The position numbers were made by a program, and so were the translations under genes. A stretch of 64,000 bases of DNA, taken from NCBI GenBank assembly GCA_964016885.1, contig OZ024744.1, forward strand, positions 105,834,001 to 105,898,000. Direction: 5' to 3'. This DNA comes from Eledone cirrhosa. Taxonomy: Eukaryota. Shown one piece after another: positions 10,774-22,198 of the stretch. A model generated the notes under the pieces. It was not told the origin of the DNA. It searched no databases and saw only the letters and a program-made list of their open reading frames with translations. Positions within the stretch are counted from its first letter, which is position 1. Every line of letters begins with the position of its first letter.

Positions 10774-12151
10774 TCATCATCATCATCATCATCATCAATG
10801 TTTAACGTCCGTGTTCCACGCTTGCATGGGTTTGGACGGGGGTAGTCCCACTTGAGGCAAGAGTGATTGTCTTGCTCGCATAGGACTGTCTGGCAGGTTT
10901 TCTACAGTTGGATGCCCTTCCTAACACCAACCACATTTACAGTGTGGGTCTGGGAGGTTTTTACCGTGTTGCCTATACGGTCACATTACAGCGTGGACTG
11001 TGTGTTTTTTGTCGTGACACCTACACGATCTCATTTGTTTCGGCCTGGATGGCGCGGCACCAACATAACTTTACATAGAACGGGGTGGTGTGGATGGGGT
11101 GGGGGGGGGGGGTATTTTGTTAGAGATGCCTACTGGCTGTAGTAGGTTTTACTATGTATTTAGGTAAGGCGGGTCTTCTCTGTTACTGAGTACCGCCAAA
11201 GGTCTCGGTCCAGTGACATTGTCTTGGAGAGGTGTAAGTGTGTGAGGTCGGAGTTTATCAGCTCGTCCCAGGTTTTTCTAGGTCTGCCTATTCCGTGGCT
11301 ACCGTCTATCTTTATTGCCCTGCACTTTGTTATACAGCTATCGTCTTTCATGCGCATCACATGACCATACCAACGTAGCCTTCTCTCGAGTAAACAACAT
11401 CTGATCCCTCTTATTTCTAATTTTTTCCTTAGTTCGTTTATGCTTTGCCGTTCACGTATATTACTGTTACACATCCAGCGGAGCATGCAAGCTTCGTTCC
11501 TCTCTAGTCTGCGTATATCCTCTGCACACAATGCCCAGGTCTCACTGCCATGCAACATTGCTGTTCGTATGCAGGCATCGTACAACCTGCCTTTCATTTT
11601 TAGGGAGAACCCTTTAGCAGCTAATAGTGGTATAAGCTCTCTGAACTTTTTCCAACCAGTTCTGACTCTAGCTACTGTACTTTCAGAGCACCCTCCCCCA
11701 CTGCTGATTTTATCGTCCAGGTAACGGAAGCTGTCCACTATTTCTATAGAACCCTCTGCGCAATTGAAAGAGCTAGTATTTTGTGGGCACTTGCTGCTAC
11801 TTATTGCACCAGAACACCAGCCACATGTAAAATCTATGTTCTTAGTTAGCTTACCTGTGATCCCACTACATCTTTTATGCACCCATACTTTGCATTTAGG
11901 ACATAAAATGGAGTTTCTACCTACGCCTTTCCTACACACTGAGCATGGCCACTTCCCAGAAGGGACCGCCGCCTTATTTTCTTTCCTACAAACTAGAACT
12001 TTAGTCTTAGCCAGGTTAATTTTAAGTCCTTTTGATTCTAGGCCGTGCTTCCATGTTTGGAATTTCTTCTCTAGCTCGGCCATTGATTCCGCTATGAGTG
12101 TCAGGTCGTCTGCGTATAGGAGTTCCCATGGGCAGCCGGTCTTGAACTCCT
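10774..12151 (-). mobile_element. 5'-truncated RTE-clade LINE
   Basis: GCPWELLYADDL RT motif (~12110-12140) in frame with ORF 11160-12083 (KINLAKTKVL, FRYL, MLHGSETW, RRLRWYGHVMR, GRPRKTW); 3' UTR and (ATG)n tail. Confidence 0.95.
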
Positions 12152-12169
12152 CTATATATATATATATAT

Positions 12170-12395
12170 CCAGGGGGTGTAACTAGGAGTTACTGCAGGT
12201 TCACCCGGGTGAGAACTCGATGTTTAGGTTCACTTCTGTGATGATGTGTAGAGCATTTCAGGAAGGTCCGTCGAGCTGCCGATTATTGAGTCGGGTAGGA
12301 TCGATACAGATCGAACCTTGAGCTGATCAGTGGCGAAACGCGCGTCACCTATCAATAAATGTAATGAAGGAGTAATCAATCGTCCTTTTTATCCT
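12170..12395 (+). mobile_element. Probable Penelope-like 3' end with partial hammerhead motif
   Basis: TGAG-CTGATCAGTGG-C-GAAAC-GCGC-GTC (~12319-12346) followed by AATAAA; the CTGA of the core is missing. Confidence 0.45.
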
Positions 12396-12396
12396 T

Positions 12397-12434
<38 letters not shown>

Positions 12435-12555
12435 GGAGGTGAGTTTTATTGTAATACAATAAAGCAATGCAGATATCGGATAAGAAGCACTCTACAGTTT
12501 GTGGGACTGGAGTATACATAATATAAGATCAAAAGATGGTTAAAGGAGTTCAATA

Positions 12556-12626
12556 TATTTTATTATGCGCATTTCAAAAACAAATATCATCATGCAATAA
12601 CATTTGTGTTTTCATCAGATAAAATA
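12556..12626 (-). ncRNA. Type I hammerhead ribozyme (minus-strand arm)
   Basis: Exact reverse complement of 12742-12812. Confidence 0.8.
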
Positions 12627-12741
12627 GGAGGACATGATATGAAGGTTAAAAAACACTTGTGGATAGTGCAGTTGATATAGATATGTTGATTTAAAACTGC
12701 ACTATCCACAAGTGTTTTTTAACCTTCATATCATGTCCTCC

Positions 12742-12812
12742 TATTTTATCTGATGAAAACACAAATGTTATTGCATGATGATATTTGTTTTTGAAATGCG
12801 CATAATAAAATA
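12742..12812 (+). ncRNA. Type I hammerhead ribozyme (plus-strand arm)
   Basis: Stem I TATTTTAT/ATAAAATA; CTGATGA 12750-12756; long stem II (ACAAATGTTATT-GCAT-GATGATATTTGT); GAAA 12793-12796; stem III T-GCGC-A with palindromic loop; AUA triplet. Confidence 0.85.
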
Positions 12813-12842
12813 CATGGAACTCATTTAACCATCTTTTGATCT

Positions 12843-12873
<31 letters not shown>

Positions 12874-13371
12874 AATGGAAAAAATGAAACGATATTTCAT
12901 TTCCCACTCTTAGTACGGCTGTTACTTAAATATAAGTATGTACATGTACATACGTATATATATATACAGACGTGCAGTAGTATGTATATATATATACATA
13001 CATGCACACATATATATATGCACGTATGGATTCACCGAACATTTATTATAATGCTCGGTGTGTTTGTAAACAAACATCCCGTATTAAGCTGTGGTGTCGA
13101 CCAACCATCGTTGCTCGTTTGTTCAACACTGACAAAGGAACGCTGTACTAGTTTCAAGCTTATTAGCTATCGTCAGCAACGTATACCTTCCTGCCAGATT
13201 GTTGAACGTATATACTTACCTTATGCATATTAACGGCTGAGTAGCCCAATTTGCATATCGAGTGGGTTAATCGGCCGGGTTCACCGAAAACGATAATACA
13301 TACTTATATATATATATATATGTAACTGTTAACATATTTTCAAATATATATTTCATTATATTTCATTACAG

Positions 13372-13590
13372 GAGAAGCAGAAAAATTCTCAATACGAAAA
13401 TGAAATAACAAAACTGCGTGCTGAAAACCAGCGGCTCCAAGATGAATCTCAAACAGCTGCTACAGAGTTGCGCCGATTCACGGAATGGTTTTTCAACATT
13501 GTTGATAAGAACTGGCTCCAGCAGTCGCCAACAGGACTCTCTCAGTTAATGCAAGCTGGATTCCCAGAAAAAAACATAGATCGACCATAA
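13372..13590 (+). CDS. SIPA1L: SIPA1L-like terminal coding exon
   Basis: Acceptor tttcattacag; EKQKNSQYENEITKLRAENQRLQDESQTAATELRRFTEWFFNIVDKNWLQQSPTGLSQLMQAGFPEKNIDRP* matches the SIPA1L C-terminal LxxxNxRLQEESQxAxxxLxxFTEWxF signature; TAA at 13588-13590. Confidence 0.92.
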   Translation, partial: EKQKNSQYENEITKLRAENQRLQDESQTAATELRRFTEWFFNIVDKNWLQQSPTGLSQLMQAGFPEKNIDRP

Positions 13591-13617
13591 AGCTTTACAT
13601 ACATTTATTTATCTTCG

Positions 13618-13632
13618 AATAAAACTAATAAA
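13618..13632 (+). terminator. Candidate tandem poly(A) signals (AATAAA x2)
   Basis: AATAAA at 13618 and 13627, about 30 nt after the stop, followed by a GT-rich tract; actual usage unknown. Confidence 0.4.
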
Positions 13633-13783
13633 TGTGTGTGTGTGTGTGTGTATCTGTGTATGTGTGTAAGTATGTGATGTTTGTATGTGTGTGTGTGTGT
13701 ATATATACATATATGCGTGTGTGTGTATATATATATATATATATGTACATGTATATATATATATATATATATACATGTACATG

Positions 13784-13875
<92 letters not shown>

Positions 13876-13900
13876 CACATATATATATATATATATATAT

Positions 13901-14087
13901 ATTGTATTTCCCAGCGTTGAAGATGCTACTTTTTTTCCTAAAATACCATGCACCCTGGAGGCCGAAAGTTGCATTTTTCATAATTATTATTATTATTATT
14001 TTTATTTTTTTTTGTTTCAAATTTTTGGTTGTCAAAATTAGGGTGCATCCTCGAGGACAAAGCATCTTCGGTGCCAGGAACTACGTT
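13901..14087. mobile_element. Degenerate Tc1/mariner-type MITE
   Basis: Imperfect inverted ends tgtatttcccagcgttgaagatgc / gcatcttcggtgccaggaactacg in TA context. Confidence 0.45.
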
Positions 14088-14094
14088 ATATGTT

Positions 14095-14127
<33 letters not shown>

Positions 14128-14319
14128 ATACACACACATGAATATCGTTTTCGAATAACTGAAAGTTGTAACTCTCTATAAATTGAAAAGAGAGAGAGAG
14201 AGGGAGAGAGATATGATGTATGTATATGGCAAATTGAATTAGAGGAAAATATAGAAGGAATGTATATTGTTTGATGGGAAGAAACTCCAGAGGAATTACA
14301 TGTGTATTAACTAACAAAA

Positions 14320-14720
14320 CAACACACATACTCATATGCACACATACACATATCTACACATACACATACACTCATATGCACACATACACACATACACATA
14401 TCCTCACATACTCATATCCACACATACACATATGCACACATACACATATCGACACATACACATATGTACATACACACATATGTACACATACACATATGCA
14501 CACATACACATATCCTCACATACACATATCCACACATACACATATGCACATATCCACATATGCACACATGCACATATCCACACATACACATATCCATATA
14601 TGCACACATACACATATGCACACATACACATATCCACACATACACATATCCACACATACACATATCCACACATACACATATGCACACATACACATATCCA
14701 CACATACACATATCCACACT
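14320..14720. repeat. (CA/TA)-rich ~18-bp minisatellite (cacacatacacatatc/g)
   Basis: Direct reading. Confidence 0.9.
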
Positions 14721-14920
14721 GTATTATTAAATAGTCTGAATATTTTAATTAATTAATTAATAAAAAGATAAATATCTAAGAAAATTAACTAAACAATAAC
14801 AACAATAACAATAATAATAATAATAATGATAATTGTTTCTACATTTGGCAAATACTACACACACCTGTCTCCATTTTCTCTCACCAAGACATATATATGT
14901 GTGTATATATATATACATAC

Positions 14921-14996
<76 letters not shown>

Positions 14997-15292
14997 ATAT
15001 ATGTATTGCTTGTATGTATGTGACCCCATAGTTTAAATCTATTGACTGTTAAACCTGTATAAGCCTTACTGGTGGTTAAAGAACTTCCTTCACATTATAT
15101 TCCTATATTCTACATTACTATATTACTAATTAGAGAGCCTCTCTATATTCTAAGGTAGAATTTCCCCCTGCTTCTATAATTCCCTTTTACACTATTTCTA
15201 TAACTATCCTTATTACTATGGTTAATCAATTTAATTACTTTAGAAGCAGTTGTATTATGTGCAAGGTTAAATGTGGTAAAATAAGATAACTG

Positions 15293-15467
15293 TAAACCTT
15301 TTAGCATTTAAACTGGCTGTATCTGCCCAGAATTCTCCCACCTCTTTCTGTTCAAACTGGCTGTAACCGGCTGCTCATACTGATGTTAAGGTATTGTTCT
15401 CAAAATAGATATCAAAATCTCATAGATTTGATATTATGCAAGGTAATTATGTGAAGTAAAGGGTTAA
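15293..15467. mobile_element. piggyBac-type MITE, degenerate copy
   Basis: aaccttttagcatttaaac ... taaagggttaa; homologous to 42545-42751 and ~31455-31620. Confidence 0.6.
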
Positions 15468-15761
15468 AGATATCTTGTTACCACCTGCAAGACAACTTCC
15501 ATAAGAAATGGAGGATTATATCAAATGACATGCCTCAGTCTATTTCTGTTACTTCTATTCTTGTACTTACTAGAGAATACTTCATCCCTACTTTACCAGC
15601 TAAAGCTTCATAATTATAACTAGAATAATACTTAGTCATTAACAGATAAATGAGATATTTCTAATGAGGTTTTTAGCAATACTGACAGGATGGTTAGATC
15701 ATTTACTTACATACTTGACTGGCTCTTTGTATCTTCTATACGGAATAAAAACAACAAATTA

Positions 15762-16075
15762 CTGGACGCACACACACACACTCTCTCTGGGGACACACAC
15801 ACGCGCACTCTCTCTCTGGACACACACACACATACACACTCTCTCTCTCTGGACACACACACACACACATACACACTCTCTCTCTCTCTGGACACACACA
15901 CGTTCATGCACACACACACATGTACACTCTCTCTCTGGACATACACACACACACTCTCTCTCTCTGGACACACACACACTCTCTCTCTCTGGGGACACAC
16001 ACTAACGCACACTCTCTGGACACACACGCACACTCTCTCTGGACATACACACACACTATCTCTCTCTCTCTCTCA
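15762..16075. repeat. Compound repeat ctgga(CA)n(CT)n
   Basis: Direct reading. Confidence 0.9.
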
Positions 16076-16517
16076 TCAGTTGTGTTTTGACCTGAACAGG
16101 GATGGACTCTGAAAGGTAGAAATGTCTTGTGTCAGGACATTGACCCCTATGACTCCATCAACAGTTAAGAACCCTTTACAATTTTACCGGGTTTTATTTA
16201 TTATAGCAGTAAGATTAACGAAGTGTAATTAATAATTACCAATAGCAAATTGGATAAATTAATTTTGTTCATTATTAAGGATACCTTTAGAGTAGTCTGC
16301 CTCACAGAGGAGGTCTGCTTTTGTAAGATGGAGTCGGACTATTGTAATTGTGACACCATTAAACACCTCTACATTTGCTTATATTTACATATAAACAGAT
16401 ATATAGGTGTGTGTGTGTGAGTATATATATATATATATATATGTATATATGTGTGTGTGTGTGTATATAAGTATATGTGTGTGTGTGTGTATATATATTT
16501 ATGTATGTGTGTGTGTG

Positions 16518-16554
<37 letters not shown>

Positions 16555-16631
16555 ATATGTATGTATGTGTGTGTTAAATATTTCTGTAGAAAAGGTAAAG
16601 GAAAAAAGTGTGCTCTATGTACTGTACAGAG

Positions 16632-16840
16632 TTATTTAATTACATAATAAACGACAATATAGTTAACTAGAATATAAGAAACTAGATGATTCTTGCAAGA
16701 AACATCGCGTTCGTTTGTCAAACAAAACAATTGTTTTGTCTGACAAACGAACTGGATGTTTCTTGCAAGAATCATCTAGTTTCCTGAAACCTTCGGTAAT
16801 GAAATAATTATATTGCGTTGTTTGTTATGTAATTAAATAA
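16632..16840. repeat. Imperfect palindrome with a central ~52-bp-arm hairpin
   Basis: gaaactagatgattcttgcaagaaacatc..gttcgtttgtca.acaaaacaa|ttgttttgt.tgacaaacgaac..gatgtttcttgcaagaatcatctagtttc; outer arms ttatttaattacataa/ttatgtaattaaataa. Confidence 0.85.
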
Positions 16841-17691
16841 AAAATAAAAAAAAAATATATATATATATAGGCAGATGTATGTGTGTGTGTGTGAGTATAT
16901 ATTTACATATAGGCAGATGTACAATATATGGTGTGTGTATATATATATATAGGCAGATGTATGTGTGTGTGTGTGTGTGAGTATATATTTACATATAGGC
17001 AGATGTACAATATATGGTGTGTGTGTATATATATATATAGGCAGATGTATGTGTGTGTGTGTGATTATATATTTACATATAGGCAGATGTACAATATATG
17101 GTGTGTGTATATATCTAATTTAAATGGAAGATAGATCAAAACAAACAACTTTTTCCTTTCATCAGCACCCTGTTGCAGGTAATCTCTGTTTTTCAGTGTT
17201 AAGACTGGAAAATCACTCATTCTAAAGGTTTCTAATTTAATTTAAAATCTTCCAACATAATTTTATATGAGAACCTTACATTAAGTTACTATTTTAATAA
17301 TAAAATAATTATTAATATGAGTAAATCCCTCAACATTCATTAATTAATTAAAATAGGGTGTATTTCATTGTAAATTCAGTCGTGAAAGGGTTAAAGGTTT
17401 GCTATGCTCATATTTTTTAATTCTATTTTTGTTTTTAATAATTCAAATGAAAAAAAAAAGGCTAATTTATTTAAAATAAATTTAACACTATGTAAATGAT
17501 GAAATTTGATGAACGAATTCTTAAAATAACTAAAAACAAACCCCAAACACGACAGAATCAAGAAAATAAATGATATCATAATTTGATGTCAAAAAATGAA
17601 ACAAAATCAAAATTTAGTATAGAATTGTCAGTGTTCCTACAACTGACATAGCAGCAGCAGCTGTGGACAGTCTCACCTACTTATACTGTGG

Positions 17692-17724
<33 letters not shown>

Positions 17725-17814
17725 GGATCAGGATTTTGCTAATTTTAAACTTGTAAGACTTGTATTCAGCAGAGAACTCGATACTTGGGAAGTAGAGCGT
17801 AAATATATTAGAGA

Positions 17815-17908
17815 ATCAGGGCCTGACAGTGGAGCTCTTACCATTTTGACAGCAAATTCCAGACTGGAATTTGCTGTCAGAACACCAAGAACTTAGTCAG
17901 GTCCTGAC
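17815..17908. repeat. Imperfect hairpin related in layout to 6935-7042
   Basis: tcagggcctgac...tgacagcaaattccag-a-ctggaatttgctgtca...gtcaggtcctga; preceded by the actcgatac..gtagag motif also seen at ~6891. Confidence 0.6.
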
Positions 17909-17912
17909 TGTC

Positions 17913-17947
<35 letters not shown>

Positions 17948-17950
<3 letters not shown>

Positions 17951-18089
17951 TCATCATCGTTTAACGTCCACATTCCACGCTTGCATGGGCTTGGACGGGA
18001 GTTTTCCCACTTGAGGCAAGAGTGGTTGTCTTGCTCGCATAGGACTGTCTGGCGGGTTTTCTACAGTTGGATGCCCTTCCTAACACCAA
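17948..18089 (-). mobile_element. RTE LINE 3' UTR fragment with (ATG)n tail
   Basis: Near-identical to 10774-10930. Confidence 0.85.
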
Positions 18090-18146
18090 ATATATGTATA
18101 TATATATATGTATATATATATATATGTATATATATATATACACACA

Positions 18147-18332
18147 CTGGGAAGCTGAACATTTTGTGGCTTTAGGTAAAAGAAAATACAGGAGGATCAG
18201 TTAATTATGATTTTATTCAACATACACCCCTCTCAGATTCTCACACTTATTGCAGTGGTCCTACCTCCCTTGTAAAGGTAACAGTTCTACCTTTTCGTGA
18301 TACCCTTAAGCCAAGAACTATTGAGCGGCCCG
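18147..18332. mobile_element. Degenerate mariner-type MITE
   Basis: Imperfect ~30-bp inverted ends ctgggaagctgaacattttgtggctttagg / ccttaagccaagaactattgagcggcccgg followed by TA. Confidence 0.45.
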
Positions 18333-18968
18333 GTATATATAAGTGTGTGTGTGTGTGTGTGTATGTTTATAAGGCAGTGTGAGTTATATATATATATATA
18401 TATATATAAGATAAGTTATTCCGGTTGAATCAGGGGTAACCACAGTAAGTAAGGTACTCAATACATAGCAGAGTGTAAATGTTTTAATATAGAAAAGCTT
18501 CTACAGGACTAGAACTGTTTCATTCGTGAGAAATCTCTGTGATAGACCGGTGTACTGTCCAGGGAGAGTCTTGTATTCTCAGTTGCTTTTTACCAAGGAA
18601 ACTGGAGATAAGCATTGGCCTGATGAGCCTTTAACTTAGAATAGACATGTCGAGGGATCGCATTAAGGTACACATGTCTATTAATGAGGTTTTGTTGATT
18701 AAATAACTTGTGAACTGGTCGGAGGATACAATATAATGATGGAATATTAGTTTAACTCTTGATATAGTTGGAAAAGAGTCTTAAAGTTTTGGATGCTAGT
18801 CCTTCATTGGAAGATAGAAAAAGAGAATAGAAAGTATGTTTGGGTGAGACGAAAAGTAAGAGAGATGAGAGTAAAAAATTAGTGGGGAGGGGGATAAGGT
18901 AGATAGGAGTGAAAGTTCGTTAATCAACTATCTTGACATTTCTATATTAAACCTTGTATATATATATA

Positions 18969-19017
<49 letters not shown>

Positions 19018-19279
19018 TAAACAAACTCACTCTATTGATTGTGAGAAAACATGATATTATCTCTGTTTGATCATTGTTATATACTCACCTTTCTGTCTGT
19101 CTGTCTCTCAGTATACACATACATGTATGTATATTGACATACAACTTTGCCTTTCATTGGTTTGAGGTCGATGAAGTATTAGTCTGTTACTAGGGCTGAT
19201 TCTCCCTTTCTATCCCACTTTTTTTTTTTACCTCTGAAAGAAATTATCTGTACTCAAACAAGGAGAGGGATGGGGCCTG

Positions 19280-19655
19280 TGGTGACACTATAGTGTAGTG
19301 ACATATAGTGGCTATACCATAATGTAGTGACATATAGTGACTACCCCATAGTATAGTGACATATAGTGACTACGCCATAGTATAGTGTCTTATAATGACA
19401 CTATAGTGTAGTGACATATAGTAACTATACTATAGTGGAGTGACACTATAACATAGTCACATATAGTGACACTATAGTGTAGTAACATATAGTGACTATA
19501 GTATAGCCACATATAGTGACACTAAAGTATAGCCACATATAGTGACACTATAGGGTAGTGTCATATAGTGACATTACAGTGTAGTGACAATATAACATAG
19601 TCTCACTATGGTGTAGTGACATATAGAGACACCATAGTATAGCCACACTATGTTT
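19280..19655. repeat. Degenerate tatagtgac-based minisatellite
   Basis: Direct reading. Confidence 0.85.
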
Positions 19656-19769
19656 CACTATGGTCTACCTCGGACTCTATCAGGTGTTATGAACCCATGA
19701 ATAGATGACATTCACATTCAGAAAGAAACACCCATGTCTGTGTGTAAATAATTCTACACACATGCACAC

Positions 19770-20030
19770 ACACACCACACTACACCACACCACACTACAC
19801 TACACTACACTACACTACACTACACTACACTACACTACACTACACTACACACTACCACACTACACTACACTACACTACACTACACTACACACTACCACAC
19901 TACACTACACACTACCACACTACACTACACTACACACTACCACACTACACTACACTACACTACACTACACTACACTACACTACACCGCACTACACTACAC
20001 AACACACTACACCGCACTACACCACACACA
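19770..20030. repeat. (ACACT)n microsatellite
   Basis: Direct reading. Confidence 0.95.
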
Positions 20031-20622
20031 CACACACACAGGTTGTATTGTGTAAACATACTCACACACATGTATATATATACATAGAGATTTAAGTGTG
20101 TGTATATATGAGGGGTTGCTGGGAATGGGTTCAGATGAGAACATTTTAACAACCCTTGTGTGTGTACTTGTGGCTATATTATGTGTGTGTGTATGTATGT
20201 ATGTAGATTTGTGTGTACCTGTCACTATTGTATATATATATATATGTATGTGTGTGTATTATCCATATAAGCCATATAACGAACTTGTATGTGTGTGTGT
20301 ATATATATATATATATGTGTCTATATATATATATGTGTATGTGTGTGTGTGTGTATATATATACATGTGTCTATATATACATGTGTATGTGTGTGTATAT
20401 ATGTGTATATATATATATATATTTCGTTTCTGAATTTGTTTAGCAAGATTCTTTAACTGAAACCGTGTGTTGAAACCGATATTGTTATACTTTGGGAGGG
20501 TCATGTTGCCAATAAGAAACACACGCACCAGTTGCTTTCACTTCAATTTATTATAAATTAAATTTATAAATTTCCGGTTGGTTGGTTGGTTGGTTCCACA
20601 ACCAGACGGTTGTTCATATATT

Positions 20623-20665
20623 GTCAAAGTTCTTTCGTCACACATTCTGTGACCTCTTCAGTGAC
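20623..20665 (-). ncRNA. Minimal type I hammerhead, intact core
   Basis: Minus strand GTCA-CTGAAGA-G-GTCACA-GAA-TGTGTGAC-GAAA-GAAC-TT-TGAC. Confidence 0.72.
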
Positions 20666-20813
20666 TGGGGATTCTTTTCTTTGTTTTTGTGCCTCTCCTT
20701 TGTTCTGTCCTACGCCATCTTGTTTTTGTGTGTGCTACTACTGCTACACACAAAAACAAGATGGCGTAGGACAGAACAAAGGAGAGGCACAAAAACAAAG
20801 AAAAGAATCCCCA

Positions 20814-20856
20814 GTCACTGAACAGGTCACAGAATGTGTGACGAAAGAACTTTGAC
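20814..20856 (+). ncRNA. Minimal hammerhead with G8->C core mutation (probably inactive)
   Basis: CTGAACA at 20818-20824 instead of CTGAAGA; otherwise identical to the other arm. Confidence 0.6.
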
Positions 20857-20989
20857 AATATATGAACAACCGTCTGGTTGTGGAACCAACCAACCAACCA
20901 ACCTGAATTTATAAATTGAAGTGAAAGCAACTGGTGCGTGTGTTTCTTATTGGCAACATGGCCCTCCCAAAGTATAACAATGTATATAT

Positions 20990-21229
20990 GTGTATTATCC
21001 ATATAAGCCATATAACGAACTTGTACATGTGTGTGTGTGTGTATATACATGTGTCTATATATATATATGTGTGTATGTGTGTATATATATATATATATAT
21101 GTGTATTATCCATATAACGAACTTGTACATTGTGTGTGTGTGTATATATATACATACATGTGTCTATATATATATATATATATGTGTGTATTATCCATAT
21201 AACGAACTTGTACATGTGTCTATATGTGT

Positions 21230-21289
<60 letters not shown>

Positions 21290-21314
21290 ATTATCCATAT
21301 AACGAACTTGTACA

Positions 21315-21348
<34 letters not shown>

Positions 21349-21382
21349 CATACATGTGTCTATATATATATGTATGTGTGTA

Positions 21383-21421
<39 letters not shown>

Positions 21422-21454
21422 ATTATCCATAAAAGCCATATAACGAATTTGTAC

Positions 21455-21495
<41 letters not shown>

Positions 21496-21560
21496 CATAC
21501 ATACATGTGTCTATATATATATATATGTGTGTATTATCCATATAAGCCATATAATGAACT
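20990..21560. repeat. Tandem repeat: gtgtattatccatataa(gccatataa)cgaacttgtaca anchor plus variable (TG)n(TA)n
   Basis: About 6 copies; another copy at ~20253-20290 on the other side of the palindrome. Confidence 0.85.
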
Positions 21561-21794
21561 GTTTTGCTGTCAACATTTTATGAGATTTTTTTTTTTTTTT
21601 TTTTCATTTGAAATATTTTTTACATTTTTTCTTCTTCTGTAAAAAGATATTTGCTGCCATCTTTCTTTTAAAGCCATGACACAAAATTCTGTTCTTTTCT
21701 CATTAAAATATTCCCAAATTGAGTTATGGAATCTTAACATTTACATATTTCCTTTGTATAATCTATTAACTACTGTGATAAATATTTATTTTTG

Positions 21795-21795
21795 T

Positions 21796-21856
<61 letters not shown>

Positions 21857-22107
21857 GTTACTGCTACTGCTATTACTACTACTACTACTGCTACTACTAC
21901 TACTGTTACTACTACTGCTACTACTACTGTTACTACTACTACTACTACTACCACTGCTACTGCTACTACTGTTACTACTACTACTACTACTGCTACTGCT
22001 ACTACCACCACTGCTACTGCTACTACTGTTACTGCTACTACTACTACTGTTACTACTACTACTACTACTGCTACTACTACTGCTACTACTACTACTACTA
22101 CTACTGT

Positions 22108-22144
<37 letters not shown>

Positions 22145-22198
22145 GTTACTACTACTGTTACTATTATTACTACTAGTACTACTACTACTGCTGCTGCT
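21795..22198. repeat. (CTA/CTG/TTA)n trinucleotide array
   Basis: Direct reading; poly-L/S/Y/V ORFs are artefacts. Confidence 0.95.

Larger units (their letters stand above)
12521..12847. repeat. Near-perfect palindrome, ~153-bp arms (12521-12673 / 12695-12847)
   Basis: Arms are reverse complements with few mismatches; 21-bp spacer; ends at (TA)n. Confidence 0.95.
20422..20981. mobile_element. Palindromic pair of Penelope pLTRs (same family as 5442-6686), no coding sequence
   Basis: Arms ~20481-20733 and ~20746-20981 are reverse complements; each aligns with 6405-6686. Confidence 0.9.

Noticed and set aside
18619-18700. CTGATGAG as a hammerhead core
   Set aside because: No downstream GAAA closing a stem II and no stem I partner.
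20990-21560. CRISPR-like look (constant anchor plus variable spacers)
   Set aside because: The spacers are only (TG)n/(TA)n length variants; eukaryotic context and no cas genes.
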